NCBI GenBank assembly: GCA_024654525.1
Contig: JANLHI010000015.1
Location: forward strand, 1 to 53,863
DNA from: Patescibacteria group bacterium
GTDB lineage: Bacteria > Patescibacteriota > Minisyncoccia > UBA6257 > 2-01-FULL-56-20
Direction of reading: 5' to 3'
Length of the DNA: 53,863 bases
Shown: one piece after another, positions 36,146-45,816 of the stretch
Position numbering within the stretch: position 1 is the first letter of the stretch
How the letters are laid out: each line of letters starts with the position of its first letter
Position numbers and translations under genes: made by a program
Notes under the pieces: generated by a model
The model's input: only the letters and a program-made list of their open reading frames with translations
What the model was told of the DNA's origin: nothing
Databases searched by the model: none

Positions 36146-37334
36146 CGCCCCTTATGCGCTGGTGCTTGATGTGGGTACCACTGGTGTAAAAGCGTTGGTA
36201 TTTGATAAAAATTTCTCCGTAGTCGCACGCTCCTACGCTCTCCTCAATAAACAATTTCCTCTTTGTTCCACTTCTCGTAATGATTGTAAATGTGTGGAAC
36301 AGGATCCATGCGAACTTATCACACGCTCTGCCGAAGTGTTGCGCCACGTATTGCACACCACCCATATCCCCCACAAGGCGTGGGCGGGATTCGGCATCAC
36401 TACACAACGCGAAACATTTGTATGTTGGGACGCACATACCGGAAACCCCATATATCCCGCAATCGTGTGGGAAGACACGCGCACTTCGCGCATATGCGCG
36501 TCACTAAACAAAAAACACTATGCTTCCGTAAAGGAAAAAACGGGTCTTTCGATTGATCCGTATTTCTCCGCGTCTAAAATAAAATGGGTATTAGACAATG
36601 TTCCCGCCGCACAGACACTCCTTTCTCAAAATCGACTCGCGTGCGGCACCGTAGACAGCTGGATACTCCGAAGTTTTGCCGATAAAAATCCCCATACTAC
36701 CGATTACACCAATGCATCCCGTACTCTTCTCTTCAATATAAGAACACTTTCATGGGATAACGCACTTCTTGAAATATTTGACATACCTGAATCGATACTT
36801 CCTCGCGCACTTCCCTCCTCCTCACGATTCGGTGCGCTCGATAAAAAAATACTGGGATTTTCACTTCCTATACTTGCCATGTGTGGAGACCAACAAGCAA
36901 GTCTCTATGCCGCGGGAACCGCACTTGGAACCACAAAAGTTACCTATGGCACCGGCACATTCCTTATGCAAACACTGGGAAAAAAAATGATTACTTCTTC
37001 CTCGTTTTTCACTACGCTTACCGCCGATTCGAAAAAAAATGCTCCGCGCTATGCCGCAGAAATAAAAATTGCCTGTTGTGGACAAAAGATACAAGCGGCA
37101 CTCGCCAATCCCCCCGAAATGTACGGCATTATGAATGGATTAGCGCATACCGTAGCAAAAAAACTTCCCTTATTTCCAATGCCCGCAAAAAAACTCATCC
37201 TTGACGGAGGTGCCACACAAAGCCCTTATCTTGTTGCCATACAAAGCACGCTGGCACATCTTCCCACGAAAAAGCAACCAACACATGACGGCACCGCCCT
37301 TGGCATTGCAAAACTTATTCTAAAAAACGCGTAA
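36105..37334 (+). CDS. glpK: FGGY-family kinase, glycerol kinase-like, with a shortened C-terminal domain (409 aa)
   Basis: LVLDVGTTG, VEQDP, GITTQRET, VWEDTRT, DPYFSASKIKW, TDYTNASRTLLFN, GDQQASL, TYGTGTF; start at ATG 36105. Confidence 0.8.
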   Translation: MPELPLKNLSQKHSAPYALVLDVGTTGVKALVFDKNFSVVARSYALLNKQFPLCSTSRNDCKCVEQDPCELITRSAEVLRHVLHTTHIPHKAWAGFGITTQRETFVCWDAHTGNPIYPAIVWEDTRTSRICASLNKKHYASVKEKTGLSIDPYFSASKIKWVLDNVPAAQTLLSQNRLACGTVDSWILRSFADKNPHTTDYTNASRTLLFNIRTLSWDNALLEIFDIPESILPRALPSSSRFGALDKKILGFSLPILAMCGDQQASLYAAGTALGTTKVTYGTGTFLMQTLGKKMITSSSFFTTLTADSKKNAPRYAAEIKIACCGQKIQAALANPPEMYGIMNGLAHTVAKKLPLFPMPAKKLILDGGATQSPYLVAIQSTLAHLPTKKQPTHDGTALGIAKLILKNA

Positions 37335-37379
37335 TGTGCAAAAGGTCGCAATAACACATCTATTACAAACACAAATATC

Positions 37380-37664
37380 ATGGCACAAGAAGTAATCAAG
37401 AAAAACGGCTCGCGCCAACCATTTGACACGGAAAAACTTCGCCGATCCATTGAAGACGCAATGTCCGATGCGGGAATGGAACAAAACTCCGATACCGTAA
37501 ACTCGGTAGCCGGTAACGCACTCGCGATTGCAGACAACAAGGATATCATCACCACTGCCGAACTAAAAGCCGCAATTATAGAAGGACTTACCATTTCCGC
37601 CTCTGCCGCCGCGGAGGCATGGAAAAAATACGAGGCGTCACGAAACACTCCTCCCGCGCAATAA
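37380..37664 (+). CDS. Stand-alone ATP-cone domain protein (94 aa)
   Basis: VIKKNGSRQPFDTEKLRRSIEDA..ITTAELKAAI; no Zn ribbon, so not a full NrdR. Confidence 0.85.
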   Translation: MAQEVIKKNGSRQPFDTEKLRRSIEDAMSDAGMEQNSDTVNSVAGNALAIADNKDIITTAELKAAIIEGLTISASAAAEAWKKYEASRNTPPAQ

Positions 37665-37685
37665 ATCACCAGCCGGATATCGAAC

Positions 37686-37726
37686 AAACCGCCCATATGC
37701 TTGATTATCAAGCATATGGGCGGTTT
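37686..37726. repeat. 41-nt palindrome, 20-bp perfect arms with a 1-nt centre
   Basis: aaaccgcccatatgcttgat-t-atcaagcatatgggcggttt. Confidence 0.92.
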
Positions 37727-38015
37727 TATTGTATGTCCCTCACCTCCCCTTTCTTCAAGAAACAAAAAATACTCTTTTATATACCTAAACTTTCAAAAAA
37801 CCGCTTCTTCGATTCGAAAGAAATACATGGCCAAGTCCCCAAAATCCCATCATCTCACACGCTCTTCCCCCAAAAACACTACAGGGAAAATAAAACGCTT
37901 TATAAGGAGTAAAACTACTCTATTCTCGTTATAAAAGCACCTTGGAGGCATAGAAAAATACCTTAGAAAAGAGTCATGTTTGATTTTTTTTCACAACATG
38001 GTGAAACACACTTAC

Positions 38016-38024
38016 TTATCCACA
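38016..38024 (+). promoter_or_regulatory. Consensus DnaA box upstream of nrdA
   Basis: TTATCCACA, 74 nt before the nrdA ATG. A single 9-mer could be chance. Confidence 0.5.
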
Positions 38025-38098
38025 GCGCAACTGTATTTTGAAAAAAATCGGGGTGTATACTAGGTATACGACAAAGAAAATTTCATATATTTATCATT

Positions 38099-40978
38099 AT
38101 GGCTATCGAGCAAATCAAGAAAAGAAACGGAAGCATAGTTGCATTTGACCGAGTACGCATCACTCGCGCCATAGACAAAGCATTCATTGCAACCGGCGTA
38201 ACGGTTGAGGAAAAAAAACTATTAGATCTTACCAATGAAGTTATCGATGAAGTTAACGCAAAATTTGAAGAAAAAATCCCAAGCGTTGAGGATATTCAAG
38301 ATGTCGTAGAACAAAAACTTGCTGATGCGGGAAACTTTAGTGTTGCAAAATCATACATTGTATACCGTCGCGAACGGGAAAAAGTACGCGAGCGCAAAAA
38401 ATGGGAAACGCTTGAGCGCGTAGAAAAGCGTGAGTTGAATGTAAAACGTCGCGACGGTTCCGTGGCATTGTTTGATATCGTTGAAATTGAACACGCGGTG
38501 CGTAATGTCGCGAATGCATATCCGGAAGTCGCCATGAACGTGTACGAAGTTTTGGAAGATGTAAAAAACGGACTCTACGACGGCATTACTACCAGTGAAA
38601 TCAATCAGGTGGTGCTCATGGTGTTGAAAGCACGCATCGAAAAAGATCCGGTATACTCATCCGTTGCCGCACGATTCCTAATCAATGATCTTTACAAAGA
38701 AATTCTTGATACTGATGAATTTGAAAAAGGTTTCGAAAACGCGCACAAAATAGGATTTGCGCAATCAATTCGTCGCGGTGTGAAATGTGGACGTTTCGAT
38801 AAACGACTTCTTGAAGTAGATCTGGATACACTTGGCGAGGCTCTTTCTTTTTCGAGAGATCGGCTGTTTGAATATATGGGAGTACAAACGCTCTTTGATC
38901 GTTACTTTATGAAAGATTATGAACAAAACACATTTGAAGTACCTCAATACTTCTGGATGCGTGTGGCGCTTGGACTTGCATTGAACGAAAAAAATAGAGA
39001 ATCGCGCGCTATCGAGTTCTATGAAGTAATGTCAACACTTCGTTATGTTCCTTCTACGCCGACACTGCTCCATTCTGGCACCACTCACCCGCAAATGAGC
39101 TCGTGCTACCTCACTACTATCGAAGACGATCTCAGTCATATTTTTAAATGCGTGGGCGACAATGCCCAACTCTCGAAATGGTCGGGGGGTATCGGCAATG
39201 ACTGGTCAAATCTCCGTGCGGTAGGATCACTTATTAAAAGCACGAATACCACCAGCCAAGGCGTTATTCCCTTCTTGAAAGTCATTGATGCTACCACTGC
39301 ATCCATTAATCGGAGCGGGAAACGACGCGGTGCGACATGCGCATACCTTGAAATATGGCATTACGAAATAGAAGATTTCCTCGAACTTCGTAAAAATACC
39401 GGAGATGAGCGTCGTCGGACGCACGATATCAATACCGCGAACTGGATTCCTGATCTTTTTATGAAACGGCTTCGCGAAAACGGAATGTGGACGCTTTTCT
39501 CTCCCGATGAAACACCCGAGCTACATCATATATTCGGGAAAAGATTTGAAGAGAAATATGCGGAATACGAAGCGGCGGCGGACCGAGGGGAAATGCGTCT
39601 TTGGAAACGCATAAAAGCACAAGATCTTTGGAAAAAAATGGTGACAATGCTTTTCGAAACAGGGCATCCGTGGATCACCTTTAAAGACTCGTGTAACATT
39701 CGCAGTCCACAAGATCACGTGGGAGTAGTACACAGTTCCAACCTTTGCACCGAAATTACCCTAAACACTTCTGCCGAAGAAACCGCGGTATGTAATCTTG
39801 GGTCTCTGAATCTTGTGCGTCACCTCTCTTCACCAAAGATCGCGAACGAAGGATTTGAGAGTAGTGCGATAAATTATGACCTTCTTGCCGAATCGATTTC
39901 TACCGCGGTACGCATGCTCGACAACGTAATTGATTTGAACTACTACCCCACCATGGAAGCCAAGAACTCGAACATGCGACACCGACCCGTGGGCATGGGA
40001 ATCATGGCGTTTCAAGATATCCTCTATAAACTCGGACTTCAGTTTGCGAGTAAAGAGGCAGTCACGCTCTCGGATGAATTGATGGAATTTGTGTCATATC
40101 ACGCGATATTCACTTCATCAAAACTTGCGGAAGAACGCGGAACGTATTCAAGCTATAAAGGATCAAAGTGGGATCGCAACCTCTTCCCTATCGACACGCT
40201 TAAACTTCTTGAAGAAGAGCGCGGAATCCCCACAGGAATAGATATATCATCGCAACTCGATTGGACTCCAGTACGGGAATCGGTAAGAAAACACGGCATG
40301 CGGAATTCAAACTGTCTTGCCATAGCTCCAACCGCAACAATCGCGAATATTTCCGGATGCCTTCCCTCCATTGAACCTATTTACAAAAATCTCTACGTAA
40401 AATCGAATTTTAGCGGAGAATTTACCATAATAAACAGGTATCTTGTGGAAGATTTGAAAGCACTGAATTTATGGAATGATGACATTGCCGATAAAATAAA
40501 ATACTACGACGGGAGCGTACAAAAAATACAAGATATTCCCGAAGAACTCCGCGCACGCTACAAAGAAGTTTTTGAAATTGATTCTCACTGGATTATTGCG
40601 CATGCGGCACAACGCGGAAAGTGGATTGATCAAAGCCAGTCGGTAAATATATTCACCTCAAGCGAATCCGGCGCTCGCATTGCAAACGTATATATGGATG
40701 CATGGGAGAAGGGTATGAAAACAACCTACTACCTTCGTACCCTTGGCGCTTCATCAGTTGAAAAAAGCACGCTCGATATCAACAAGCAATACGACACGCC
40801 AAAAATAGAAGCTTCGGCAGTTGCCACTCCCACGAACGCAGATCTTCCGATTGCAACGGAAAAACAACCCCACGCGGAATTTGCAGTCGCCCCTGCTCCG
40901 GGAAAAGATCCTTCTATTATTTCCGCAAGCGCAGTGATTCATGTTGCTGAAGACGGCATATGCGAAGCATGTCAATAG
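38099..40978 (+). CDS. nrdA: Class I ribonucleotide reductase alpha subunit with two N-terminal ATP cones
   Basis: IKKRNGSIVAFD and VKRRDGSVALFD cones; PSTPTLLHSG, SSCYL, SNLCTEI, CNLGSLNL, APTATIANISG, TTYYLR, C-terminal CEACQ. Confidence 0.96.
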   Translation: MAIEQIKKRNGSIVAFDRVRITRAIDKAFIATGVTVEEKKLLDLTNEVIDEVNAKFEEKIPSVEDIQDVVEQKLADAGNFSVAKSYIVYRREREKVRERKKWETLERVEKRELNVKRRDGSVALFDIVEIEHAVRNVANAYPEVAMNVYEVLEDVKNGLYDGITTSEINQVVLMVLKARIEKDPVYSSVAARFLINDLYKEILDTDEFEKGFENAHKIGFAQSIRRGVKCGRFDKRLLEVDLDTLGEALSFSRDRLFEYMGVQTLFDRYFMKDYEQNTFEVPQYFWMRVALGLALNEKNRESRAIEFYEVMSTLRYVPSTPTLLHSGTTHPQMSSCYLTTIEDDLSHIFKCVGDNAQLSKWSGGIGNDWSNLRAVGSLIKSTNTTSQGVIPFLKVIDATTASINRSGKRRGATCAYLEIWHYEIEDFLELRKNTGDERRRTHDINTANWIPDLFMKRLRENGMWTLFSPDETPELHHIFGKRFEEKYAEYEAAADRGEMRLWKRIKAQDLWKKMVTMLFETGHPWITFKDSCNIRSPQDHVGVVHSSNLCTEITLNTSAEETAVCNLGSLNLVRHLSSPKIANEGFESSAINYDLLAESISTAVRMLDNVIDLNYYPTMEAKNSNMRHRPVGMGIMAFQDILYKLGLQFASKEAVTLSDELMEFVSYHAIFTSSKLAEERGTYSSYKGSKWDRNLFPIDTLKLLEEERGIPTGIDISSQLDWTPVRESVRKHGMRNSNCLAIAPTATIANISGCLPSIEPIYKNLYVKSNFSGEFTIINRYLVEDLKALNLWNDDIADKIKYYDGSVQKIQDIPEELRARYKEVFEIDSHWIIAHAAQRGKWIDQSQSVNIFTSSESGARIANVYMDAWEKGMKTTYYLRTLGASSVEKSTLDINKQYDTPKIEASAVATPTNADLPIATEKQPHAEFAVAPAPGKDPSIISASAVIHVAEDGICEACQ

Positions 40979-41036
40979 AAAGCGGTTGTAGAGTCATCAG
41001 TTATACGTTATAAGTTAATTACATATCAATTCATCT

Positions 41037-42119
41037 ATGTCACACGATCCATCATTCGCGATCCCTTCGTCCGCTTCTAAAAATTCAGAGAAGCGGATTT
41101 TAAACTCTCAAGCAACCGATCCGAATAAAATCCTGCCCATGAAATATAAATGGGCGCGTGAACACTATAAAAAAGGAGTTGCAAACAACTGGATTCCGGA
41201 AGAGGTAAACATGCAAAAAGACGTGGAAACGTGGAAAAATCCAAAAGCGCTCTCCGACGACGAACGCCGGCTTATCCTTTGGAACATGGGATTTTTCTCA
41301 ACCGCAGAGTCACTTACTGCAAACAATATTGTACTCATCCTTTATCGGCATATTACCAACCCTGAATGTCGACAATATCTCTTGCGACAAGCATACGAAG
41401 AAGCGGTACACACCGACACATTTATTTATTCCTGCGACACCTTAGGACTAAATCCGGACGAAGTGTATAACATGTACAGCACCATTCCCTCTATCAGAGA
41501 AAAAGATGAATTTGTCGTAAACATGACAAAATCAATTATTGACCCCAACTTCTCTACCGAAGGAACCGAAAATATTCAGCGATTTGTACATGATCTTGTG
41601 GGGTTTTATGTCATTATGGAAGGTATATTTTTCTACGCGGGATTCGTAATGATGCTCTCATTCCTCCGTCAAAACCGCATGGCGGGTGTGGGAGAACAAT
41701 TCCAATTCATTCTCCGCGATGAATCCGTGCACCTCGCATTCGGTTCGGACCTTATTAACACTATCGCGCAAGAAAACCCCGCAATTTGGACACAAGAATT
41801 CAAAGCAACGCTCACTGAAAATATAAAGAAAGCGGTGGAGCTTGAGTATGCGTACACAAAAGATTGCCTCCCTCGAGGTATCATGGGGCTAAACGCAGAC
41901 GCAATCTACGAATACATTAAATATATTGCGGACCGTCGTCTTGAGCGCATCAGACTCGAAAAGGTATATAATGCCACAAATCCATTTCCATGGATGAGCG
42001 AAGTGATAGACCTCCGTAAAGAAAAGAATTTTTTCGAAACGCGCGTAACCGAATATAAGAGTGGTGTATTAAATTGGGATGACGAATCACCCGCCAACCC
42101 CACTACTCCAACACAGTAA
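41037..42119 (+). CDS. nrdB: Ribonucleotide reductase beta subunit with class Ic-type residues
   Basis: WIPEEV, FFSTAESL, EEAVHTDTF, MEGIFFY, RDESVH, NPFPWM, KEKNFFETRV. Confidence 0.95.
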   Translation: MSHDPSFAIPSSASKNSEKRILNSQATDPNKILPMKYKWAREHYKKGVANNWIPEEVNMQKDVETWKNPKALSDDERRLILWNMGFFSTAESLTANNIVLILYRHITNPECRQYLLRQAYEEAVHTDTFIYSCDTLGLNPDEVYNMYSTIPSIREKDEFVVNMTKSIIDPNFSTEGTENIQRFVHDLVGFYVIMEGIFFYAGFVMMLSFLRQNRMAGVGEQFQFILRDESVHLAFGSDLINTIAQENPAIWTQEFKATLTENIKKAVELEYAYTKDCLPRGIMGLNADAIYEYIKYIADRRLERIRLEKVYNATNPFPWMSEVIDLRKEKNFFETRVTEYKSGVLNWDDESPANPTTPTQ

Positions 42120-42223
42120 AGAAACATGCGTCTTGTAAAATAAAAACCCGCGCTGAAATCTGCATAGAGCAGACGCACGGGTTCATGATTCCTGCTATTG
42201 TTACCGGGCAGGAAATCCCTCCT

Positions 42224-42934
42224 TTAGAATTTTCTTGATGCACCAATGCCCACATCGGTATCAATCATATCATCGTTCAACGATGATTGACTGATCTCGA
42301 TCCCCACATCATCAGAGCATCCGATTTCAATCCATTCACCATACGTGGTTTTCGTCCGACATCGCACGTAGCGAGAAGGAGAGAGGTATCGACGATGCTT
42401 CCGAAAATAAAATGCATGCATCATCGCGTTTTCAATCGGAAGTGGCGCTTCATACTCCGGATACTTCTCGTGAAGAAGCGCAACCTGTCCCTCGGATGAA
42501 TATAAATTCGAGTGAGGTACAATCCCCCGGAAAGTAAGGTACCATCGCAACCCTCCGATATCCCTCTTTGAAACAGGATCGTCGAGAACGATTCCCGCGT
42601 TGAAATGAGGTATTCGGCCATACGGATGCACCCCCACAAACCGCGCAAGTGTCAAAGGTTTTCCACCAAGCGTTTTAAGCCCAAGAGACACAAAATGAGT
42701 GTCGCGAATTCGAATTCTGTCCTCATCGCTGAATGGACATGGATAGTTGAGAATACTCATATCCCATGGAAATTCAGGAATAGAGAGACAATCACATTCC
42801 CTAAAATTCGCTTTGTAAAACCCACTCCAATCTTCGAGGAGAAAACAATTTTTCCCCATCGTGGAGCGAATTTCCCTCAAAAGAGTGACCCCTTTCCCCT
42901 CCGATAACATCAGAGGATATTGCAATCTTTTCAT
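42224..42934 (-). CDS. Hypothetical protein
   Basis: Long ORF; GGAGG 6 nt before ATG 42934; ends GIGASRKF. Confidence 0.65.
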   Translation of the reverse strand: MKRLQYPLMLSEGKGVTLLREIRSTMGKNCFLLEDWSGFYKANFRECDCLSIPEFPWDMSILNYPCPFSDEDRIRIRDTHFVSLGLKTLGGKPLTLARFVGVHPYGRIPHFNAGIVLDDPVSKRDIGGLRWYLTFRGIVPHSNLYSSEGQVALLHEKYPEYEAPLPIENAMMHAFYFRKHRRYLSPSRYVRCRTKTTYGEWIEIGCSDDVGIEISQSSLNDDMIDTDVGIGASRKF

Positions 42935-43116
42935 ATCGATTCCTCCGTTGTTGATTATTGTCAATTTTCCAAACTTCTCAAATTACCTCCCTTATTATAA
43001 CGCATTCAAAATCTTCGAATTATTGAGGTTTAACCTCAATAATTCGATAAAAAAATGCACCGCATTATGGGGATACCATAAGAGACGGCGCAGTTTTGCT
43101 TGGTTTATTTTTTATT

Positions 43117-43320
43117 TTATTGGACAGGAACTCCCGTGTCTCTCCCATACCATACGAGAAAAGACAAGAAAATCACCATTCCCAATAAAACCCAAGTTAA
43201 TGAATCGAATAAGGGAGGATTTCGCTCTCCCATGAGAAGATGCTTTTGCTCTTCACTCCCCAAATCCTCGAAAGGATAACCCGCATCTCCCACATCGTTT
43301 CTACCTTTGAGTCGTTTCAT
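43117..43320 (-). CDS. Small membrane protein (67 aa)
   Basis: AAAGGAG before the ATG; C-terminal hydrophobic helix. Confidence 0.5.
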   Translation of the reverse strand: MKRLKGRNDVGDAGYPFEDLGSEEQKHLLMGERNPPLFDSLTWVLLGMVIFLSFLVWYGRDTGVPVQ

Positions 43321-43442
43321 AAAACTCCTTTCTTAATGAACAATCTATTAATATCACATAATCAATATGATGTCAAATATAGAGTTTATCCCCAAATTTG
43401 CCTTGTAGTGCAAGATTGTTGCGTGATATAATTTCCCCGCTT

Positions 43443-45731
43443 ATGGCGGTCACACTTACCACACCGCTTTCCGAATTTTCTCACGTCACCAAACGCATTT
43501 TGGGACATCTTGGACGCATGGGAATATACACCGTGCATGACCTCCTCTACCACTTCCCCGTCCGTTACGAGGATTTTTCCGAAATCCGTCCAATTGCCGA
43601 ACTTGATGCGGGAGAACAAGTCACCATACAAGGAATAGTTGAGAATGTTTCCATGCGCCGGAGCTGGCGACGTCACATGACCATTATCGAAGCGACAATC
43701 AGCGATCAAAACGACACTATCCGCGCAATATGGTTCAACCAACCATATCTCGCACACACATTCAAACAAGGAATGTGGTACAACTTTTCCGGAAAAGTTT
43801 CAATAAAAGAAGAGGGAGTTTTCCTTACTAATCCCTCATTTGAATTCCTTCCCCACGGACCCGACGAGATATCCGAACAAAACCTACCCACAAATAATTT
43901 ACGTCACACCGGAAGATTGGTACCGATTTATCCCGAAACCCGCGGACTCACTTCGAAGGGAATCCGTTTTGTTATCTTCCCCATCTTGGAACATCTTTTG
44001 AAAATTCCCGACTATATACCGGAATCAATACGCGCGCGGGAAAAACTCCCCGGCATTGCAGAAGCACTCAATGCAATCCACTTCCCCAACACACTCGATG
44101 ATGCACTCACCGCGAAGCGAAGATTCTCTTTCGAAAACCTTTTCCTATTACAAATGGTTAATCTTCGGGATCGTATGATGCTTGCGCACGAATCCGCCCC
44201 CGCAATTCCCGTATCCATAGAAACAATCAAAGAAAAATTGGGATTACTTCCCTACACCCTCACCACATCTCAAAAAAAATCATTGTGGGAAATATGCCAA
44301 GACATTGCGGAACCTCATCCCATGAACCGCCTTCTCCAAGGCGATGTCGGATCGGGTAAGACGGCACTTGCCGCAATCGCGGCGCTCCTTACTTCGGATG
44401 CCGGATTTCAAGCCGCATTTATGGCTCCTACAGAAATTCTTGCACGCCAACATTACGCAACATTCATGCACCTTCTTTCAAACTCTCCTCTCAAAGTCAC
44501 GATAGCCCTCTTCACATCGAAGGAATCGAAAATATGCTATGGACAAGATCTTGAACAAGAAATTCCAAAAAAGAAAATGTTGCAATGTATCGAAAAAAAA
44601 GATGCGCAGATTGTTATCGGAACTCACGCTCTTCTTGGAAACACGGTTCACTGGAATAAATTGGGACTTGTCGTAATCGACGAACAGCATCGTTTTGGCG
44701 TGAAGCAAAGAGCTGCACTTATTCATTATGATGACGACAATAAAAAACAAAATCGCCGTCGCAACCAGACATCATATTCCATGCCTCATTTTTTAAGCAT
44801 GTCAGCAACACCAATTCCAAGAACGCTCACCCTCACGGTTTTTGGTGACCTAGACCTTTCCACAATCACCGAACTTCCCCCGGGAAGAAAACCGATAAAA
44901 ACATATAGTATCCCTCCGGAAAAACGCGCAGCAACTTATGCATTTATCCGAAAAAGTATAAAAGAAGGACGCCAAGTATTCGTGATATGTCCCCGTATAG
45001 AAAAAACCAACCCCGCGTCCGAATCAAATGTACCCAAAAAAAATATAAAGCCTTTCGGATCGTTTGGATGGAACTCTCATGCGACAAATACATTAGAGGT
45101 GAAAACAGTTACTGAAGAATATGAAAAACTTTCAAAAAGGATATTCCCTGACCTCCGCGTCGCAATGTTGCATGGAAAAATGCCCGCAAAAAAAACTCCC
45201 GCGTCCGCAGGAAAACCGACAAAGGAAAGCGTAATGAGAAACTTTAGAGAGGGGAAAATAGATATTCTCGTCTCCACAACGGTAATTGAAGTGGGTGTCG
45301 ATGTTCCAAATGCCACCATCATGATGATAGAAGGAGCGGAGCGTTTCGGACTTGCACAGCTCTACCAACTTCGCGGACGCGTAGGACGCGGCGCCCATGA
45401 ATCATATTGCTTCCTTTTTACCGACTCTCCTTCCGCCACGGGAACTTCGAAATCGGGAGGCATCAACGCACGTCTTAACGCAATTACCACCGCAAAAAAC
45501 GGATTTGAGCTTGCGGAATACGACCTTAAACAACGCGGACCCGGGGAATTTTTGGGCACCACACAAACCGGATTCCCCGATATTGCCATGGAGGCACTGA
45601 TGGATCCGCCTCTCATAAGCGCCTCACGTGAAGCAGCGAAGGAAACTCTTCGTAGTGATCCAGAGTTAAAAAAGAATATTCCCCTTCAAAAGAAGCTCTC
45701 TCAATTTGCAACGTCGCTTCACTTAGAATAG
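43443..45731 (+). CDS. recG: ATP-dependent DNA helicase RecG, with several loop insertions
   Basis: HFPVRYED, RLLQGDVGSGKT, MAPTEILARQH, IDEQHRFG, SATPIPRT, STTVIEVGVDVPNA, FGLAQLYQLRGRVGRG, RGPGEFLG. Confidence 0.96.
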   Translation: MAVTLTTPLSEFSHVTKRILGHLGRMGIYTVHDLLYHFPVRYEDFSEIRPIAELDAGEQVTIQGIVENVSMRRSWRRHMTIIEATISDQNDTIRAIWFNQPYLAHTFKQGMWYNFSGKVSIKEEGVFLTNPSFEFLPHGPDEISEQNLPTNNLRHTGRLVPIYPETRGLTSKGIRFVIFPILEHLLKIPDYIPESIRAREKLPGIAEALNAIHFPNTLDDALTAKRRFSFENLFLLQMVNLRDRMMLAHESAPAIPVSIETIKEKLGLLPYTLTTSQKKSLWEICQDIAEPHPMNRLLQGDVGSGKTALAAIAALLTSDAGFQAAFMAPTEILARQHYATFMHLLSNSPLKVTIALFTSKESKICYGQDLEQEIPKKKMLQCIEKKDAQIVIGTHALLGNTVHWNKLGLVVIDEQHRFGVKQRAALIHYDDDNKKQNRRRNQTSYSMPHFLSMSATPIPRTLTLTVFGDLDLSTITELPPGRKPIKTYSIPPEKRAATYAFIRKSIKEGRQVFVICPRIEKTNPASESNVPKKNIKPFGSFGWNSHATNTLEVKTVTEEYEKLSKRIFPDLRVAMLHGKMPAKKTPASAGKPTKESVMRNFREGKIDILVSTTVIEVGVDVPNATIMMIEGAERFGLAQLYQLRGRVGRGAHESYCFLFTDSPSATGTSKSGGINARLNAITTAKNGFELAEYDLKQRGPGEFLGTTQTGFPDIAMEALMDPPLISASREAAKETLRSDPELKKNIPLQKKLSQFATSLHLE

Positions 45732-45816
45732 TTTTCTGAAAACGACACACCGTCGCTTGCATCGCTGTTTGCGGCGGTGTATTCAGTGTCTTTTTTCACA
45801 CACTCTCAGGCATTGA

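Noticed and set aside
37380-37664. nrdR
   Set aside because: There is no N-terminal CPxC/CxxC Zn ribbon, and I found no clear NrdR boxes upstream of nrdA.
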